Below are positions 61,496-64,000 of a DNA stretch of 64,000 nucleotides, piece by piece (position 1 is the first letter of the stretch; each line of letters starts with the position of its first letter). The notes under the pieces were generated by a model that saw only the letters and a program-made list of their open reading frames with translations, was not told the DNA's origin and did not search any database. A program made the translations under genes and the position numbers. The stretch covers positions 1,612,001 to 1,676,000 of the forward strand of contig JAYWIR010000029.1 in NCBI GenBank assembly GCA_036172245.1, given 5' to 3'. Source of the DNA: Raillietiella orientalis (lineage: Eukaryota).

Positions 61496-64000
61496 GTAGA
61501 CCACACTCCGGCCCCGTCGGCTAGTTGCCTGGGGAAATGTGGGGATCCCGAAGGAGATCTGCCCTCAAAGAACCTCGATCCCTCTTCAGGTCAGTCCGAG
61601 ACCGTTGAGCTGCCCAGGAGATCCCTTCGACCTCCCTTGCCGACCGGATCCTCCAAGGTGCCTCCACGTACTTTATCCTTTTCCCTTCTAAAAAGCGCTG
61701 GCAATCGCACGCGACGAGGAGACCTGCCCGGAGGATTTCACACTCCCTGGAGGCTGGGGAGGCTCGGCGGGAGGAGCAGCTCCCCAACGACGGGTCTTCC
61801 CCACGGCGTCCTGCACGCTTCGGGAATCCTCGTCCAAGATCGCTCGGAGTCCGAGCCAACAGCCGCAGCTACTGCCTCCCTTTTCCATCCCTGCTGAGAG
61901 GAGACGCGCAGCCTCCCGGGTGATCTTTGCGCGCGCGCATCTCCCCTTTTCGGGAACTGAGAAGGAATCCTCGTCCCACTTTTCTTCGCGTGCTGAAGCC
62001 CCGGCAAACCACCCCCCGCTGTTCGACACCGGTCTGTTGCAGGCTCGGGGGAAGACCGTGCAGAGCGGCTTCCGGGAAGCGGGGAAGAACGGTGGGAAGG
62101 AAGGGGAGCGGCGGTCTTTGCTTCCCCCGCATCCATTCCGCTCTTTTCTGGGAAAAGGGACGCTGTCCTCTTTCTCGCTTGGAGCCTACTCGCAGGCATC
62201 GGCGGGAGCCCGTCGCCACCGAAGGCGAGAAGCCGACGGTCGAAGCAGAACCTCCCGCGAGGAGGAAGTTCAGAGTACTCTTTACCAAGGGCCTGTCGGA
62301 GGAGAGGAGTCAACTGGGAAGCTCCTCAGGGATGACCTGAGGGGAACGGTGCAGGCTTTTCCTTCCCTCCACGAAAGTCCGACACCAGGGACCACTCTCT
62401 GCCAGCGCGCGGGAGACACCGTCTGTAAGAACCCTCCTCTCTGCGAGCCCGTGGATGGCACCACCTAGGCAGTGGCGCCGCATGGCCGTCCCCGTCCTCC
62501 GTCTCCCCTCTTAGGTTTCCTTCCCTCCTCCTTTTTTGTTTCCCCTTCGGGTGCCCCGGACCAGAGGGATGAAACCTGAGACCAGAGACCCCCGCAGGAA
62601 AGCTCCCACTTTGCGCTGAACCTGGCAATCCCTGCGACACGATACGAGCATCAGGAACAAGGATCGCCTCCTGGCTTTGAGTGACGACATCAGCAGGAGC
62701 GTCCCACGTCTCTAAGAGAGGGAGCAGTAGTCTCTCTCTAGAAAGGCTGGGAAGAAATGCCATGAGATCCCCAAGACGAAGGTTCCCTTGGGAACGGTCC
62801 AGGCTTCCGCATCTCCCAGCGGGAGCAAGAACAGCCAGCAGGAAGAGCTATCCGCAGCGCTCTCGTTGGAGCGAGAAACCTGCGCCTGGTCTTCAAACGC
62901 CCTCTGGACTGAAACTCCTCTCCTGGCTGCGCGCACGGCTCCCGGAAGGACTCCCCGGGAGCCTTCTGCAGGCTCAGAGGCCTTTCCGGTGGCACGACGT
63001 CGTAGTTGAGACGCCGAGCCCGGCGGCAGGACCCCCGGGGCAGCGGAGAGCTCCTCCCCGCCCGGTTCCTCCCAGACCCGACGAGGTGTCCTTCCGGGTT
63101 TCCGACTCCCACCCCGTTCCCCCACCCCATCGGAAGAACTTCCGAGCACGGGAGCGTCGCGAAGCCGGGGGGAACGGGGAGGAATTTCGGGAGCCCGCCC
63201 GCGAGGAGGTAGCCACGCGTCCCGCGGGACCCTTCCGAAATTCCCGCGCGCGTATTTTTAGCCCGAAGGCGCGATGCAGCCGCGCGGAGGGCGAGGCATC
63301 ACGAGATCGGGGCGATGAGGGCGCTCCTTCCCTTCCAAGCTCCTTCCCTTGCGCGATCCTCCTATAGAAATAGGAGGATCGCGCAAGAGAGACGCGTCGC
63401 AGCCATCGCTCATTGCAGAGCACGTCTCCATCGTCCCAGATGATTTATCTGCGAAAGGATGGCGCAGGTAGAGGGGCACCACCACCGGCGCAAGAAAGGG
63501 GAATTCTCGGGAGAGGGACGCGTCCGAACTGTTGCCGAAGAAGCAGAGCGAGAGGGATATGCGCGGGGCAGCACAGCAAAGCGTGGCCCCCTCCCTGTCT
63601 CTGCGACCGTCCCCACGGGGAGAGGCTAGTTGGACCCGCCCACAAGGAGGGGGGGGGGAAGGGAAGGGACCTCTTGCCGGCAGGAAGGAGGACTCCTGCC
63701 CCGATACCGGACTCCTCCCCCCTTTTGCCCTCTGCCGGGCTGCGCCAGCGCGCGCGGATCCGAAGTGGCAAGGTCACACGCCCTCCGGGGCCGTCGCGCC
63801 ACCTCGCCCGCGCCCGGATGGATGCTGAAGAGGACTTTCCCTGCCTCCTCGTTTCCGCGTCGCGGAGGGAACTCGAGAGAGGGAAGGGGAGGAGCAGGGG
63901 AAAGGGGGTCATGTGATGGGGAAGGAGGGGAGCACTATCCTGAGGGGGGCGCGGCACCTGCGGTCAGCCCTTTCCGCTCTGGTGTATCCGAAAGAGCACG

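Noticed and set aside
1..64000. Hundreds of 60-390 aa ORFs in the supplied track
   Set aside because: They overlap on both strands, are R/P/G/S-rich and have no domains, as expected from stop-codon scarcity in GC-rich DNA. Only those overlapping the exons or TE motifs listed are meaningful.

Overview
Eukaryotic genomic DNA, GC-rich and intron-containing, most likely arthropod; the species cannot be determined from the sequence. Two host genes are supported. The first is a minus-strand sidestep/nephrin-like receptor (5 Ig domains + FN3 + transmembrane helix) with 11 coding exons reconstructed with GT-AG boundaries and consistent phase between 45381 and 39035; its signal-peptide exon and the end of its tail are unresolved. 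The second is a plus-strand secreted DM4/DM12-family gene (exons 60705-60910 and 61319-61495). Most of the rest is decayed transposable elements. These include a ~9.5 kb BEL/Pao LTR retrotransposon with nested insertions, a Ty3/Gypsy remnant, about ten DIRS-like fragments, a mariner-derived element built from two inverted 3' ends, and a 2.4 kb element with ~165 bp inverted termini. There are also five copies of a tRNA-headed SINE-like family with an internal variable-number ~40 bp repeat. One SINE copy is split by a 5'-truncated R2-like (RLE) retrotransposon, which is the best candidate here for an undescribed system (a possible SINE-targeting retrotransposon). All TE domain calls come from manual translation across stops and frameshifts against remembered consensus motifs and need HMM/BLAST confirmation. 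Most ORFs in the supplied track are spurious.
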